64,000 nucleotides of DNA from Erysipelotrichaceae bacterium. GTDB lineage: Bacteria; Bacillota_I; Bacilli_A; RFN20; CAG-826. Of this stretch, positions 1 through 9,901 are shown one piece after another. Where the stretch lies: NCBI GenBank assembly GCA_012744375.1, contig JAAYCD010000093.1, positions 226 to 64,225 on the forward strand, given 5' to 3'. How positions within the stretch are numbered: the stretch's first letter is position 1; the number at the start of each line of letters is the position of its first letter. The translations under genes were made by a program, and so were the position numbers. The notes under the pieces were generated by a model, which worked only from the letters and a program-made list of their open reading frames with translations, did no database searches and had not been told where the DNA came from.

Positions 1-1322
1 CCAGAAATAATGCCATTAGCAATACCAGTCATTCCGACCATGATTGCTCCATATAACGCCATGGACAAACCATCAGAACGGATGCCGTGTTTTGCTTCTT
101 GGTGATCAGAAACGTCTGCCAATAAAGCAAGGGAAATATACATAGCAGGAGCGCCACCTAAAGCTTTAATGACAAAAGCAACGATTGCTAAAATGAAGTT
201 ATCACCAGCAATAATGCCCAAGACACCACCGATAACAGCGATGAAACCGCCGAGAAGAATTAATTTACCTTTGCCAATTTTGTTGGATAATGGCCAACAA
301 ACAACCATACCAAGCGCGGTTGGAATAGCGCCGATAATGGCTAATAAACCTGATTTTGCGCCACCTAAGTCATTAACTTCTTTAATAGTTTGATTAATAT
401 CACCAGATAAACCCCAAAGGGCGTTGCAATAATATAATTGCGCGCAGTTTTTAAGCATGCCACCTAATTGGTATAAGAAGAAGAAAACAATCATGATCCA
501 CCAGAATTTATCTTTGGAGCAGATTCTCCATTGTTGTCTAACACCAACTTTGTTGGCCGCTTCTTCTTCAGCGGTTTGGTGAGAAGAGATTTCAAGTTGT
601 TCTTCGCTAATTCTTTCACGCGTGAAAGCGAATTCTAAAATAGTACCGATAATGGTGATGATAACTAATACGAGAGCGACCCATTTTAACACCTCGTACG
701 CTCTTGTTGGTTCATCGAAGATAGTGCCGATAAAGAATGGTAAAGCCATGGTACAAACGCCCATTGCGCCTAAAATTGCTGCGTTAGATAAGGTGGCCAA
801 TAAGCCCCTTGCTTTACTATCACGAGTAGATAAACCGACTAATGCGGAGTGAGAGGCATAATAAAGTGGATAGCCAACGGAAAAATATAAATTGTAACCG
901 ATAGCAACCATGATACAGGTAATAAGACCATTTTCATTAATGCCACTTGATGCTTTCATCGGAGTGAAGAAGAAGATGACGAAGAAAGCTAACACTAATA
1001 ATGGCAAACTAATTAATAATAATGGTCTAGCTCTGCCAGCTTTAGTGTTGTACTTGTTTATCAATCTACCGACTACAAGGTTTCCAGTAACTACGAGAAC
1101 AACTGATAAAACTTGTAACAAGATTAAGAAAACCGGTGCCCAAGAAGATAAACCCAAAACATCGGTGTAGTATTTTTGTAAATAACTTGCGATGAATGAG
1201 TTACTAACCAAAGCTAAAATTGGGCCAACTAAATAGCCCAACGCACCTTCTGGAAATAGCTTTGCATTGTTTTTGTCGACTCTTGCTCTAAATAGAGGCT
1301 TGTCGAAGATAGAAGACTTCAT
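1..1322 (-). CDS. GPH-family (MelB/YihO-like) glycoside:cation symporter, partial; the C-terminal end lies beyond the window start
   Basis: My own reverse-complement translation from the ATG at 1320-1322 reads MKSSIFDKPLF...YLQKYYTDVLGL... with no stop codon to position 1 (the GPH N-terminal signature is FYTDVLGL). Multiple hydrophobic helices. The ORF track omits it because it has no stop in the window; the plus-strand ORFs at 169-1170 are shadow frames. Confidence 0.7.
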   Translation of the reverse strand, partial: MKSSIFDKPLFRARVDKNNAKLFPEGALGYLVGPILALVSNSFIASYLQKYYTDVLGLSSWAPVFLILLQVLSVVLVVTGNLVVGRLINKYNTKAGRARPLLLISLPLLVLAFFVIFFFTPMKASSGINENGLITCIMVAIGYNLYFSVGYPLYYASHSALVGLSTRDSKARGLLATLSNAAILGAMGVCTMALPFFIGTIFDEPTRAYEVLKWVALVLVIITIIGTILEFAFTRERISEEQLEISSHQTAEEEAANKVGVRQQWRICSKDKFWWIMIVFFFLYQLGGMLKNCAQLYYCNALWGLSGDINQTIKEVNDLGGAKSGLLAIIGAIPTALGMVVCWPLSNKIGKGKLILLGGFIAVIGGVLGIIAGDNFILAIVAFVIKALGGAPAMYISLALLADVSDHQEAKHGIRSDGLSMALYGAIMVGMTGIANGIIS

Positions 1323-1510
1323 AAGAATCTTTTCCTTTCCTTTTCCAGATATGTAAATATATCTTAATCAATATATTACACTTATGAATGTTTTGCAATT
1401 GTCAAAATGGCGCAAAATTGCCATAATTCAGCATAAAATTGAAAAAGATTTATTAATTTCCATTAATAATTAATCAGCCTATTGAATGAATGCGTTATAA
1501 AAAAACTCCC

Positions 1511-2137
1511 TTATTTGAGAGCTTTATTGATATCGAAGGGAAAACGTTTAATGCTAATCATTTTCACAACAAAAGGAGTAATACCTTTTACGGTAATGGA
1601 TACAATGTGTTTATCGTGCATCAAAGAGCGACATTGATAATCTACTCCCTTATATGTTTTGATACCGTTAAGTGGTAAACTCGGCACTTCTTTAATCTTG
1701 TTAATTGTGACGCCCATGCATTTAATTAAGCTTTCTTTAGCGCACCATAAGTAATAAAAATCTTCGTGATTTTTCAATAACTTAGTTTCAGCTACATTAA
1801 ATATTTTATTTAAGACTGACATATCACGCAAAGTAACTTCTTCAATGTCAACACCAACCTCACTTTCGGCAATAGCCATCACCAAATATTTACCCGAATG
1901 AGAAATATTGAAGTGAGGAGCAACGTCAAAATAAGGTTTGCCAAACATATTAGTTTTTTCTTCGCTTTTCGATAGTTGATTTTTTAAGTATGACGAAATA
2001 AGCGATCGTAACTGGTCGACTTCTTTAACACATCTCTTTATTTTAGTTTGTTGAGTTTCATTGAGTGTTTTGAGAAGATCGCTTTTATACTTTTTTGCGA
2101 GATTGATGTCAACGATTAATAAGTGTACTACAGCCAT
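1511..2137 (-). CDS. Sfp-type 4'-phosphopantetheinyl transferase
   Basis: 208 aa; FNISHSG and WCAKESLIKCMG motifs, matching the PPTase G-x-D / W-x-x-KEA-x-x-K signatures. Confidence 0.7.
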   Translation of the reverse strand: MAVVHLLIVDINLAKKYKSDLLKTLNETQQTKIKRCVKEVDQLRSLISSYLKNQLSKSEEKTNMFGKPYFDVAPHFNISHSGKYLVMAIAESEVGVDIEEVTLRDMSVLNKIFNVAETKLLKNHEDFYYLWCAKESLIKCMGVTINKIKEVPSLPLNGIKTYKGVDYQCRSLMHDKHIVSITVKGITPFVVKMISIKRFPFDINKALK

Positions 2138-2223
2138 AGTTTCATCATAGGCTAGGCAAATTAATAATTAAAGATTTTAGCGCAAAAAGATATAAACTTT
2201 GTCAGGAAATCTATATACTACTA

Positions 2224-3621
2224 ATGGTTGATAATATGAAACAAAATGTTGGCGTTTTATTACCAGTCTCGGCCTTACCTGGAAAGCATGGTATTGGTGA
2301 CTTTTCTCGTTGTGCGTATGCTTTTGTTGACTGGCTAAAAATTAGCAATTATCATTACTGGCAAATCCTCCCTCTTAATCCTCTTGGCCCGGGAGATTCG
2401 CCATATGTTTCAGTGTGCAGCGAAGCCATCGATATACGTTACATCGACCTAGATTACTTGGTGAAAATAAAGCTATTAGATAGTGTCCCAACTTATAAAC
2501 CAAATAGTCAATCTATCGACTATAATGGTGTTCAAAGGTTCAAAGAAAAGTACTTAAAGAAGGCATTTTCTCGTTTGAAAAATAAGCCATACGGGTATCA
2601 AAAATTCAAAAACGAAAATCCATGGGTAGAACGCTATTCGCGCTTTCTTATCTTGCAAAAACTAAACAAGTTCAAACCATGGAATGAATGGACTATTTTT
2701 GAGATTAATAATAAGCAAAATATTGAATTTAATTTCCATATTTGGTGCCAATTTATTGCGGCAAAATTGTGGAAAAAAATATTTAATTTTGCAAATAAAA
2801 ATAATGTGCAAATAATTGCAGATTGTCCATTCTATGTTGGCTTTGATAGCGTTGATTGCTACTTTAATAAAGAAGTGTTTGAATTAGACGAAAATAACTA
2901 CCCGTCCCTAGTATCTGGGTGCCCCCCTGACGCCTTTTCTGATACTGGACAACTATGGGGAACGCCAGTATATAATTTTGAAAAAATGAAAAATAATAAT
3001 TATGATTTTTTAATTAATAGAATTTATTTTTTGGCAAACAAATGTAATATTTTACGTTTAGATCACTTCCGTGCTTTTGATACTTATTGTGTTATTCCAG
3101 CCTCTGACAAAAACGCCTTACGTGGACAATGGTTAGTTGGTCCAAGAGAGCACTTTTTTGATCGACTTTTTTCCCTATACCCAAACATAAAATTAATCGC
3201 CGAAGATTTGGGTATACTTTTCGAGAGTGTTCACGAATTAAGAGATGCTTATCATCTTCCAGGGATGCGCGTCATTCAATTTAATATTTTTGACACCGAA
3301 CCGAGCAACCAACATTTTGTTCTTTATCCAGGTACACACGATAACCAAACTCTTTTTGGCTGGCTTAAATCACTTGATGAACAAACCATTAATCGACTTA
3401 AAGAAAAGTTAAATTTTCCAAATGATTTATATTCCGCGTTATTTGATTTTATTTGGAACGCAAATAGTTTCATTACCATTTTTCCATTACAAGATTTGTT
3501 GAAATTAGATAATCGCGCAAGAATAAACACCCCTGGAACAGTAGGAAAACCGAATTGGTGCTTCAAATTGCGCGACATGTCTTGGCAAAAGAAGATTAAA
3601 TGTGGATACAATAAAATATAA
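2224..3621 (+). CDS. malQ: 4-alpha-glucanotransferase (amylomaltase, GH77)
   Basis: The N-terminus VGVLLPVSALPGKHGIGDF is typical of MalQ. The true start may be the ATG at 2236 (MKQNVG...). Confidence 0.8.
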   Translation: MVDNMKQNVGVLLPVSALPGKHGIGDFSRCAYAFVDWLKISNYHYWQILPLNPLGPGDSPYVSVCSEAIDIRYIDLDYLVKIKLLDSVPTYKPNSQSIDYNGVQRFKEKYLKKAFSRLKNKPYGYQKFKNENPWVERYSRFLILQKLNKFKPWNEWTIFEINNKQNIEFNFHIWCQFIAAKLWKKIFNFANKNNVQIIADCPFYVGFDSVDCYFNKEVFELDENNYPSLVSGCPPDAFSDTGQLWGTPVYNFEKMKNNNYDFLINRIYFLANKCNILRLDHFRAFDTYCVIPASDKNALRGQWLVGPREHFFDRLFSLYPNIKLIAEDLGILFESVHELRDAYHLPGMRVIQFNIFDTEPSNQHFVLYPGTHDNQTLFGWLKSLDEQTINRLKEKLNFPNDLYSALFDFIWNANSFITIFPLQDLLKLDNRARINTPGTVGKPNWCFKLRDMSWQKKIKCGYNKI

Positions 3622-3676
3622 TTAAACATAAAAAAACATTCATTTGAGTTAAGGATTAATATGCTATTATAGTTTT

Positions 3677-4672
3677 ATGAAAAGAAAAATATCAGCCTTA
3701 TTAGTGTCATCATTTTTATTATTAAGCGCTTGCAATGGACAAAACAAAACATACGATTCCAGCGATTACATTCTTGAACTTCCATATCAAGAAAACTTCC
3801 GCGTTTTGCAATTAACCGATTTACACATTGCCGACAAGGACAATCAAGATTTACATTTTGATTTCATGGATATTACCATCAACGAATCTCGCCCCGATTT
3901 AATTGTAGTTACGGGTGATGTATTTACTTTTGCTTCTAAAGGAACGGCGAGAAGACTATGCAATTATTTGGATAGTTATGATGTTCCATGGACTGTGGTT
4001 TTTGGTAATCACGATGAACAATGTCTTTTTTCTATTGAATGGTTTTCCAACTATTTAACTAACTATGGCTCTAACTGCATCTTTAAGGATTTGCCAAACG
4101 ATGATGTTTATGGAAACTGCAATTTCGTTATTAATTTAATGAAGAACAACACAATACATGAACAAATCATTCTCATGGATACAAATCGCTATAACTATAA
4201 TGGTGTCTTTGGCTACGACCACGTTAAACAAAGCCAAATTGCTTGGTATGAGAAAATGGTAAACTATTCTACCTCACAAAATGGTGGTGTGATTGTTCCG
4301 TCTACTCTTTATTACCACATTCCACTTCCTGAAATAAATGAAGCTTGGGAAAAAGCACAAACCGGCCAAGATGGTGCGACGCTTGATTATGGTGAAAAAA
4401 GAGAAAAATCTTATCCGCCTGCTTATAATAGTGGTTTGTTTGATAAAATTGTTGAACTCGGTTCCACGAGGGCCATGTTTTTCGGTCATGATCATCTCAA
4501 CAACTTCCGCATTACCTATAAAGGTGTAACTTTTGGTTATGGCATTAAGTCTACCGATAGAATTTATTATGCTGAAGATTTAATGGGTGGTAGAACCATG
4601 ATTATTCATGATGACCATTCCTTAACATATGAAGAGCATTATCACACATATGACGAGGTAAACTATGATTAA
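3677..4672 (+). CDS. Calcineurin-like metallophosphoesterase lipoprotein
   Basis: Signal peptide with lipobox LLSAC; LTDLHI...VTGDVF...GNHDE...GHDHLNN metallophosphatase motifs. Confidence 0.7.
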   Translation: MKRKISALLVSSFLLLSACNGQNKTYDSSDYILELPYQENFRVLQLTDLHIADKDNQDLHFDFMDITINESRPDLIVVTGDVFTFASKGTARRLCNYLDSYDVPWTVVFGNHDEQCLFSIEWFSNYLTNYGSNCIFKDLPNDDVYGNCNFVINLMKNNTIHEQIILMDTNRYNYNGVFGYDHVKQSQIAWYEKMVNYSTSQNGGVIVPSTLYYHIPLPEINEAWEKAQTGQDGATLDYGEKREKSYPPAYNSGLFDKIVELGSTRAMFFGHDHLNNFRITYKGVTFGYGIKSTDRIYYAEDLMGGRTMIIHDDHSLTYEEHYHTYDEVNYD

Positions 4673-5543
4673 TAAGAAGTATTTAGTTATTGCTCTAGCC
4701 ACTGTAGTTTTAATTGGTTCTTTGGCAACCTTTTATGGCTGTAACTATCTTTTTAGTGATATTTCAAACTACGCAACTGGCTCATCTTTAGTTAATATAT
4801 TTGTCAATTTCCCAATCGTCATGTTTGCAGCCATGATGGTGAGCGCTCCATTATTTTTATTGCGTTTATATCAAAGACCAAAGACCATCAAGCGTTTAAC
4901 TACTAATTATTTAATCATTGCTTTTATTCTTTCGCTTTTGGGGTTTGTTGGCGCTTTAGTTTCCGGAATCGTCGTTTATAAATCTTTCCTCAAACCTTAT
5001 CCATTCCCAGGATATTTAATCATTGGTTTAATTTTTCACCTTATCGTTATGGTTAGTTCAGTTTTGCTTTATTTTTTAATCATCAAGCAACTCAAAGAGG
5101 ATGAGGAAAAATTTAAAGTCACACCAAAATATGTTTTCTACACTTTTGGAATGTTTTTATTCATTAGTTTAATGTATAACCGTCTTGGTGGTTTGCTTCT
5201 TGCAGGCTTTTTCATGACATCAAGCACATGGTTATTAACTCTACCATTATATTTATGGCTGGTTATTCCTCTTGCTTTATTAACAATTAAAGCAATCTCT
5301 ATTATTTTTAAGCCTATCAATTTATTGATTCCTTCTTTGGCGATAGGGGCTTTAAATATCATCATTTTTGTTCCCGTTATCTTTTTAACCCTAACCGACA
5401 CATTATATGTTTCTTCAGTCTCCCCACTTATGCCATTAGAACGCCTTATCTCAATGCCAATCGAAACCATTGTGCACTTTATCATCATATTCAGTGTTTC
5501 CCTTGCATACGTGCTAAAAGAGAAGAAAAAACTAAATACCTAA
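4665..5543 (+). CDS. Polytopic membrane protein of unknown function, translationally coupled to the phosphoesterase gene
   Basis: 292 aa, about 8 hydrophobic segments. Its start overlaps the stop of the upstream gene by 8 nt. Confidence 0.5.
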   Translation: MINKKYLVIALATVVLIGSLATFYGCNYLFSDISNYATGSSLVNIFVNFPIVMFAAMMVSAPLFLLRLYQRPKTIKRLTTNYLIIAFILSLLGFVGALVSGIVVYKSFLKPYPFPGYLIIGLIFHLIVMVSSVLLYFLIIKQLKEDEEKFKVTPKYVFYTFGMFLFISLMYNRLGGLLLAGFFMTSSTWLLTLPLYLWLVIPLALLTIKAISIIFKPINLLIPSLAIGALNIIIFVPVIFLTLTDTLYVSSVSPLMPLERLISMPIETIVHFIIIFSVSLAYVLKEKKKLNT

Positions 5544-5569
5544 CATTAAAAGAAAGCCTAACAAATCAG

Positions 5570-6091
5570 TTAGGTTCTTTTTTTGATTAATAGCTGAACA
5601 ATGATAATGGCAATTATTATTTTAATGATATCGAATGGTATATATGGGTAAACAGACACAAATAGTGCATTTTTAAAACTCATATCTAAGTACCAACAAA
5701 AGAAAGCGGTTCCGATGGCATAACATGCTATTAATGAAACCACACAGGCAATGCCCATCCTTATAACTGAATTTTTAATTTTTAGTTTATTTAAGAAGTA
5801 TAAAAGAATAACGATTACTACAAAAGAAATCACATAACCGAAAGTTGGGGATATACCCACAGAAAATCCTGCATAAACTGGCAAGAATAAACCGATAAGC
5901 AAATATAACGCAGTAATAATTATCGCATCAAAAACTGAATATGCAGTAAGTCCAATAATAAAAACAAGCAGCAATTGTAAAGATAATTTGATGTTATCTC
6001 CTAACGGAACGGCAAACATGCCGATAACACAAAGAAACGCCAGCATAATGGCGTTTCTGGTTATTCTTTTTATCGCTATATAACGATCCAT
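5570..6091 (-). CDS. bioY: Biotin ECF-transporter substrate-specific component BioY
   Basis: 173 aa; the LQLLLVFIIGL...LYLLIGLFLPVYAGFSVGISPTFGYVISFVV pattern is characteristic of BioY. Confidence 0.6.
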   Translation of the reverse strand: MDRYIAIKRITRNAIMLAFLCVIGMFAVPLGDNIKLSLQLLLVFIIGLTAYSVFDAIIITALYLLIGLFLPVYAGFSVGISPTFGYVISFVVIVILLYFLNKLKIKNSVIRMGIACVVSLIACYAIGTAFFCWYLDMSFKNALFVSVYPYIPFDIIKIIIAIIIVQLLIKKRT

Positions 6092-6131
6092 AATCGCGAA
6101 ACCACTTTACTACACTTTCAAAAAGAAAAAA

Positions 6132-8375
6132 CTACTTAGCATATATATCGATATAATCGAGATTTGAACAAGCATTTTTCGTGGTGAAAACAATTGTGTT
6201 TTGGCCAGAATTAAAGTTCACAGCCGCCACATCCCAGTTTGTCCAATAATGGAAGTTCCAATTCGCTCTTGTTTCTGTGACCCTAGGCAAAATAACGTTA
6301 ATAATAGAATTCTCACCAACCACAGCGCTATTAATTTCTAGAGTAAAGAATTGATCGAATGTATAGTCGGCATCTTCCCTACGTGAAATACCTAATGTGA
6401 TAATCGCTTGGCAATCTTTCGATGCCACATAAGTAAAAGCCAACTTTATATTAGGGTTCGGGTTAAGTTCGCTAACGTATTGCCCGCCATTATTTCCAGA
6501 AAGCACTTCGTCGGGCCTTAAGGAGCTTTTACCCTTTACTTGACCACCGCCTTCGCGAGCAGCATCTTCTGCTTCAAGTCGATAGGGAGTGACGCCTTGT
6601 TTAAAAGCATCCGCGGCTTGTTGCGGGGTTTGGTTTGGGCCAACGTTCCACCAGCCATCTGGATTTCCGCCTCCACCACCTGGATTTCCACCAGACCCTC
6701 CAGAATCGTATCCTTCCTTACCATTTTGTGTCCAAACAGGATGTGAGCTGTTAGCAGGAAGTAGTTCGCCATTATACATAGTGGTTAAATAAGCAACTCT
6801 TCTTTGAATCCATTGTTTTAATAGATCCTTGTTTTCCGCTTGTGTTTTTAAAGGGTGATAAATCGGACGGACTTCATTGTTACCAAGCCAACCGCCTTCA
6901 TCAACGGTGTTTTTGCCTATGGTGTGAGGCCATTTTTCGAAGTTTTTCTTGTAATCTTCTACGTATAATTCAGCGCGATTGTCGAGGAATTGATAAGCTC
7001 TATTAAATAAATCAGCTTCTAATAATTCTTGCCATCTTGTTTGTACTTTTTGCATAAACCAATCTGCCTTGCATACTAATGCGAGCCATGGATTTGAAGA
7101 AAACGCTGCAAACATTTGTTCGGCACTTTCAACTGTATTAACTTTAAGTCCCAATGATGAGTCCCAATCCCAAGGACAATTCATAGTTAATAATTTGTTG
7201 CCCTCGGCAGACATATCTAACGAGAAATAGAATGAGCCACGACCAATATCAGCGTCGCAAGCAATTTCGTTGAGAATATAGGTGTTAACGAATGAATCAA
7301 TATCGATTAATTTGCTTACCGCTTCTTCGGAAGAGGTGGCACTTGAATTAATCAAATCACCTGCAGTATTTAATTCTTGGTAGACTTTTGGACTGCTAGC
7401 AATCGCCTTATAAAGAGCAGTGTATGTATTTTTTACGCGTTTTTGTAAATATGTGACTTGTTGAGGGTTAGTAATTTCGCTAGCAATTGTATAACCATCT
7501 GCTGGTTCTTCTTCGCCAAGTAATCTATTACCTGCAAAAGTAGGAATATAATCGGTTTTTTTCATTTCAAAAGCATAATCGCCTTGGGCTTGAGCTTCTT
7601 TCCAATAAGAGTCGAGTTCAAAGAAATAACCGATATCAACGCCAGTGTATCCTTCTTTTGGTTCATTAATATCAACGCGGCCAGGATTAACTTCTTTGTT
7701 TTCTCCTAATAGGTACATGCCCCAGTAGTTGTTATTGATATATAAATGTACAGGAGTAAAATCCGGAACATAATATCCATCTAAAATTTTTTCAGCCATG
7801 AAATAAGTAACAGCATTACGAGACAAAGATGAATCTTTAACATCTGCTAACAAGACCCATTTCTTATATTTTTGTCCATTGTTCAAACCAAAGAAATTGG
7901 TTTTGGAGTCGAACTTAATACGGAACGGTTTCTTTTGATAGTTAGCAGTATAGTTACCTCTTACACGCATCTCTGCAACCGCATTTGTAATAACAAAATC
8001 CTCATCACAATTTGAGGTAGTAATTGTTCCAATTACTTCAGGTCTTGGATTAGTGGTCCTATTTGGTTTTGTAGCAAAATCTAAATTTTGGCCCTCAACT
8101 GTATTAAAAGTAACAATCGGAGCTTTTAACTCAGCATCCGTTGGTGGAACAAAATAACTGCTTGGCATTGGTCTAGCTGTAGAAGTGCTTTGCGCTTTGC
8201 TACTGCTATTGATAGAACTAGAAGCACGTGTTGAACTGCGATTAGAACTCGATGATTTAAGTGCTGAAGAGGTTTTGCTTGATTGTCCGTGTGATTGACT
8301 TGAGTTATCGATATTTGCGCACCCAACCATTAAAGTGGTTGCTACAAGCAACAAAAATAGTCTTTTAAACTTCAT
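6132..8375 (-). CDS. CotH-family (atypical kinase fold) surface lipoprotein with Ser-rich and Gly-rich linkers and a C-terminal CBM6/CBM35-like beta-sandwich
   Basis: Lipobox LMVGC, then a roughly 60-aa Ser-rich low-complexity stretch. The CotH core includes CPWDWDSSLG (compare WDFDxSFG). A GGSGGNPGGGGGNPDG linker precedes a C-terminal YRLEAEDA...GGQYVSELNPN carbohydrate-binding-module-like region. Confidence 0.6.
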   Translation of the reverse strand: MKFKRLFLLLVATTLMVGCANIDNSSQSHGQSSKTSSALKSSSSNRSSTRASSSINSSSKAQSTSTARPMPSSYFVPPTDAELKAPIVTFNTVEGQNLDFATKPNRTTNPRPEVIGTITTSNCDEDFVITNAVAEMRVRGNYTANYQKKPFRIKFDSKTNFFGLNNGQKYKKWVLLADVKDSSLSRNAVTYFMAEKILDGYYVPDFTPVHLYINNNYWGMYLLGENKEVNPGRVDINEPKEGYTGVDIGYFFELDSYWKEAQAQGDYAFEMKKTDYIPTFAGNRLLGEEEPADGYTIASEITNPQQVTYLQKRVKNTYTALYKAIASSPKVYQELNTAGDLINSSATSSEEAVSKLIDIDSFVNTYILNEIACDADIGRGSFYFSLDMSAEGNKLLTMNCPWDWDSSLGLKVNTVESAEQMFAAFSSNPWLALVCKADWFMQKVQTRWQELLEADLFNRAYQFLDNRAELYVEDYKKNFEKWPHTIGKNTVDEGGWLGNNEVRPIYHPLKTQAENKDLLKQWIQRRVAYLTTMYNGELLPANSSHPVWTQNGKEGYDSGGSGGNPGGGGGNPDGWWNVGPNQTPQQAADAFKQGVTPYRLEAEDAAREGGGQVKGKSSLRPDEVLSGNNGGQYVSELNPNPNIKLAFTYVASKDCQAIITLGISRREDADYTFDQFFTLEINSAVVGENSIINVILPRVTETRANWNFHYWTNWDVAAVNFNSGQNTIVFTTKNACSNLDYIDIYAK

Positions 8376-8508
8376 AATATTGGTCTCCTATACCTGTTAA
8401 CTATATTATAAACCTTTATTACTAAACTAGTAAAATTATGAGTTTACCAATGACTATCGTGCGTTTTAAGACATTATGCAAATATTTGTTTAACGAAAAA
8501 TGATGTTT

Positions 8509-8517
8509 TGTTATAAT
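8509..8517 (+). promoter_or_regulatory. Extended -10 element (TGtTATAAT) upstream of the SWIM-protein gene
   Basis: tgtTATAAT at 8509-8517, 12 nt upstream of the ATG at 8529. Only a weak -35 (TTTAAC). Confidence 0.35.
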
Positions 8518-8528
8518 GATGGATAGGT

Positions 8529-9899
8529 ATGGCGGTTCGTTTTCTCATCGTAAAACACCTCTCACTCGGTTTAGGTGTCTTAATAAAAAGAGAGCAACAT
8601 GATGTTGGTCGCATCTTTTTTGCCGACGGACAAATTATCAAAGATGTTTTGCTTTCGCACCCATACATGTCTGTAGCGGATAACATGTCGTTAACTAAAT
8701 TCGTATCGCTCGGACTTTTCGAAGGTTTGTTTGATGATGGAAATAAGAAAAAAGCTTTGTTGTATGTTGATAATGCAATTAAAGATATGCATATCAATGA
8801 AAACGAATGTTATGGTACGATTGTGGGAACTAAAGAATACTCGTTCAGAATTTCAATCGACAAGAATTCATTTATTAACCTATCTTGCACATGTCAGAAA
8901 GAAGGAACTTGCAAACATTTATATGCTGTTTTTCTTAAAATGAAACAGCTATTAGATCGCAGTCCAAATAAAACAGTTGCCAATCCAAATATCAACTCAA
9001 ACGACGTTAAGGATATGCTTGAGAAGTATTTTTATGTCCGCAGTGGCGATAACATCCCACTGCTAAGTCGCTTAAATTTTCGCATCAAAACGTTTGACAA
9101 ATGCCAACAGTTTGTTGAGTTACTCACCTCCTATTATCTTAGAGGCCAATATAAAGCCCGCGCCATCAACGATGTTTTAGCTCCTTTGTTTTTCAATCCA
9201 AACAATGAGAAAAATTTTATTGCTCTTCTAAATGTTGCTTCTACTGATAGTCAAAATATGATAAATGAAGCAAGAAACGTATATGTTTCGTTGAAAAATG
9301 ATTTTGAAAAGAAAACATCTCCTACAAAAAAAGTTAATCTTTATCATATTATTTTATATCCTAACTGCAAAGCATTGGTGGAATTGCTTTCCCATGCATC
9401 CGATAATTTCAACGAAGAAAGATTAGCCAACCAAGTGATGGTGGAGTATTTAAAATTCCAAGATTTAACAATTGAGGATATATCCTTGCTCAAAGGAGCA
9501 TTTTTGTTTCAGATGAATCATCATTATTATGTCTCAGATATTATGAATGGTCCGGCTAAATCATTTCTCGGGACATATCTATTGCTTTTTGATGAATTGC
9601 CTTTAAACGACAACAAGATTAAGCAAATTCCTTTTGAGTATTTCCTACGAGTTTCCTCTTTTAGCAACGACAAGAGTCGTTACATTCCAATTGTTTACAA
9701 TAATTTTGATGATATAAAAGAGGAATATTACCCTACATTAATTGAACTACTTATCGGTGTTGCGTTACAACATGATTTCGTAGATGAGCGCGTTATTCGT
9801 CTTGCGATCGAACTCAGCAAAAAAATTCCCGATTCAACGTTTATTAATGAACTAGTAGAAGCTAATATTAGAAGACCTAAAAAGGCACGCGTGTATTAA
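8529..9899 (+). CDS. SWIM zinc-finger protein (B. subtilis YwqB-like)
   Basis: 456 aa; SCTCQKEGTCKH fits the SWIM CxCx(n)CxH motif. Immediately upstream of the SNF2 helicase gene with a 2-nt gap. Confidence 0.6.
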   Translation: MAVRFLIVKHLSLGLGVLIKREQHDVGRIFFADGQIIKDVLLSHPYMSVADNMSLTKFVSLGLFEGLFDDGNKKKALLYVDNAIKDMHINENECYGTIVGTKEYSFRISIDKNSFINLSCTCQKEGTCKHLYAVFLKMKQLLDRSPNKTVANPNINSNDVKDMLEKYFYVRSGDNIPLLSRLNFRIKTFDKCQQFVELLTSYYLRGQYKARAINDVLAPLFFNPNNEKNFIALLNVASTDSQNMINEARNVYVSLKNDFEKKTSPTKKVNLYHIILYPNCKALVELLSHASDNFNEERLANQVMVEYLKFQDLTIEDISLLKGAFLFQMNHHYYVSDIMNGPAKSFLGTYLLLFDELPLNDNKIKQIPFEYFLRVSSFSNDKSRYIPIVYNNFDDIKEEYYPTLIELLIGVALQHDFVDERVIRLAIELSKKIPDSTFINELVEANIRRPKKARVY

Positions 9900-9901
9900 T
9901 T

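Noticed and set aside
169-1170. Plus-strand ORFs 169-393, 622-852 and 910-1170 from the six-frame track
   Set aside because: They lie antisense inside the long uninterrupted minus-strand GPH symporter reading frame. They are low-complexity shadow ORFs with no RBS and no recognisable domains.
1396-1430. TTGTCA-17-CATAAT promoter-like element on the plus strand in the transporter/PPTase intergenic region
   Set aside because: It would drive transcription antisense into the PPTase gene with no plus-strand gene to serve. More likely it is a chance match in AT-rich DNA, or part of the minus-strand transporter promoter region.
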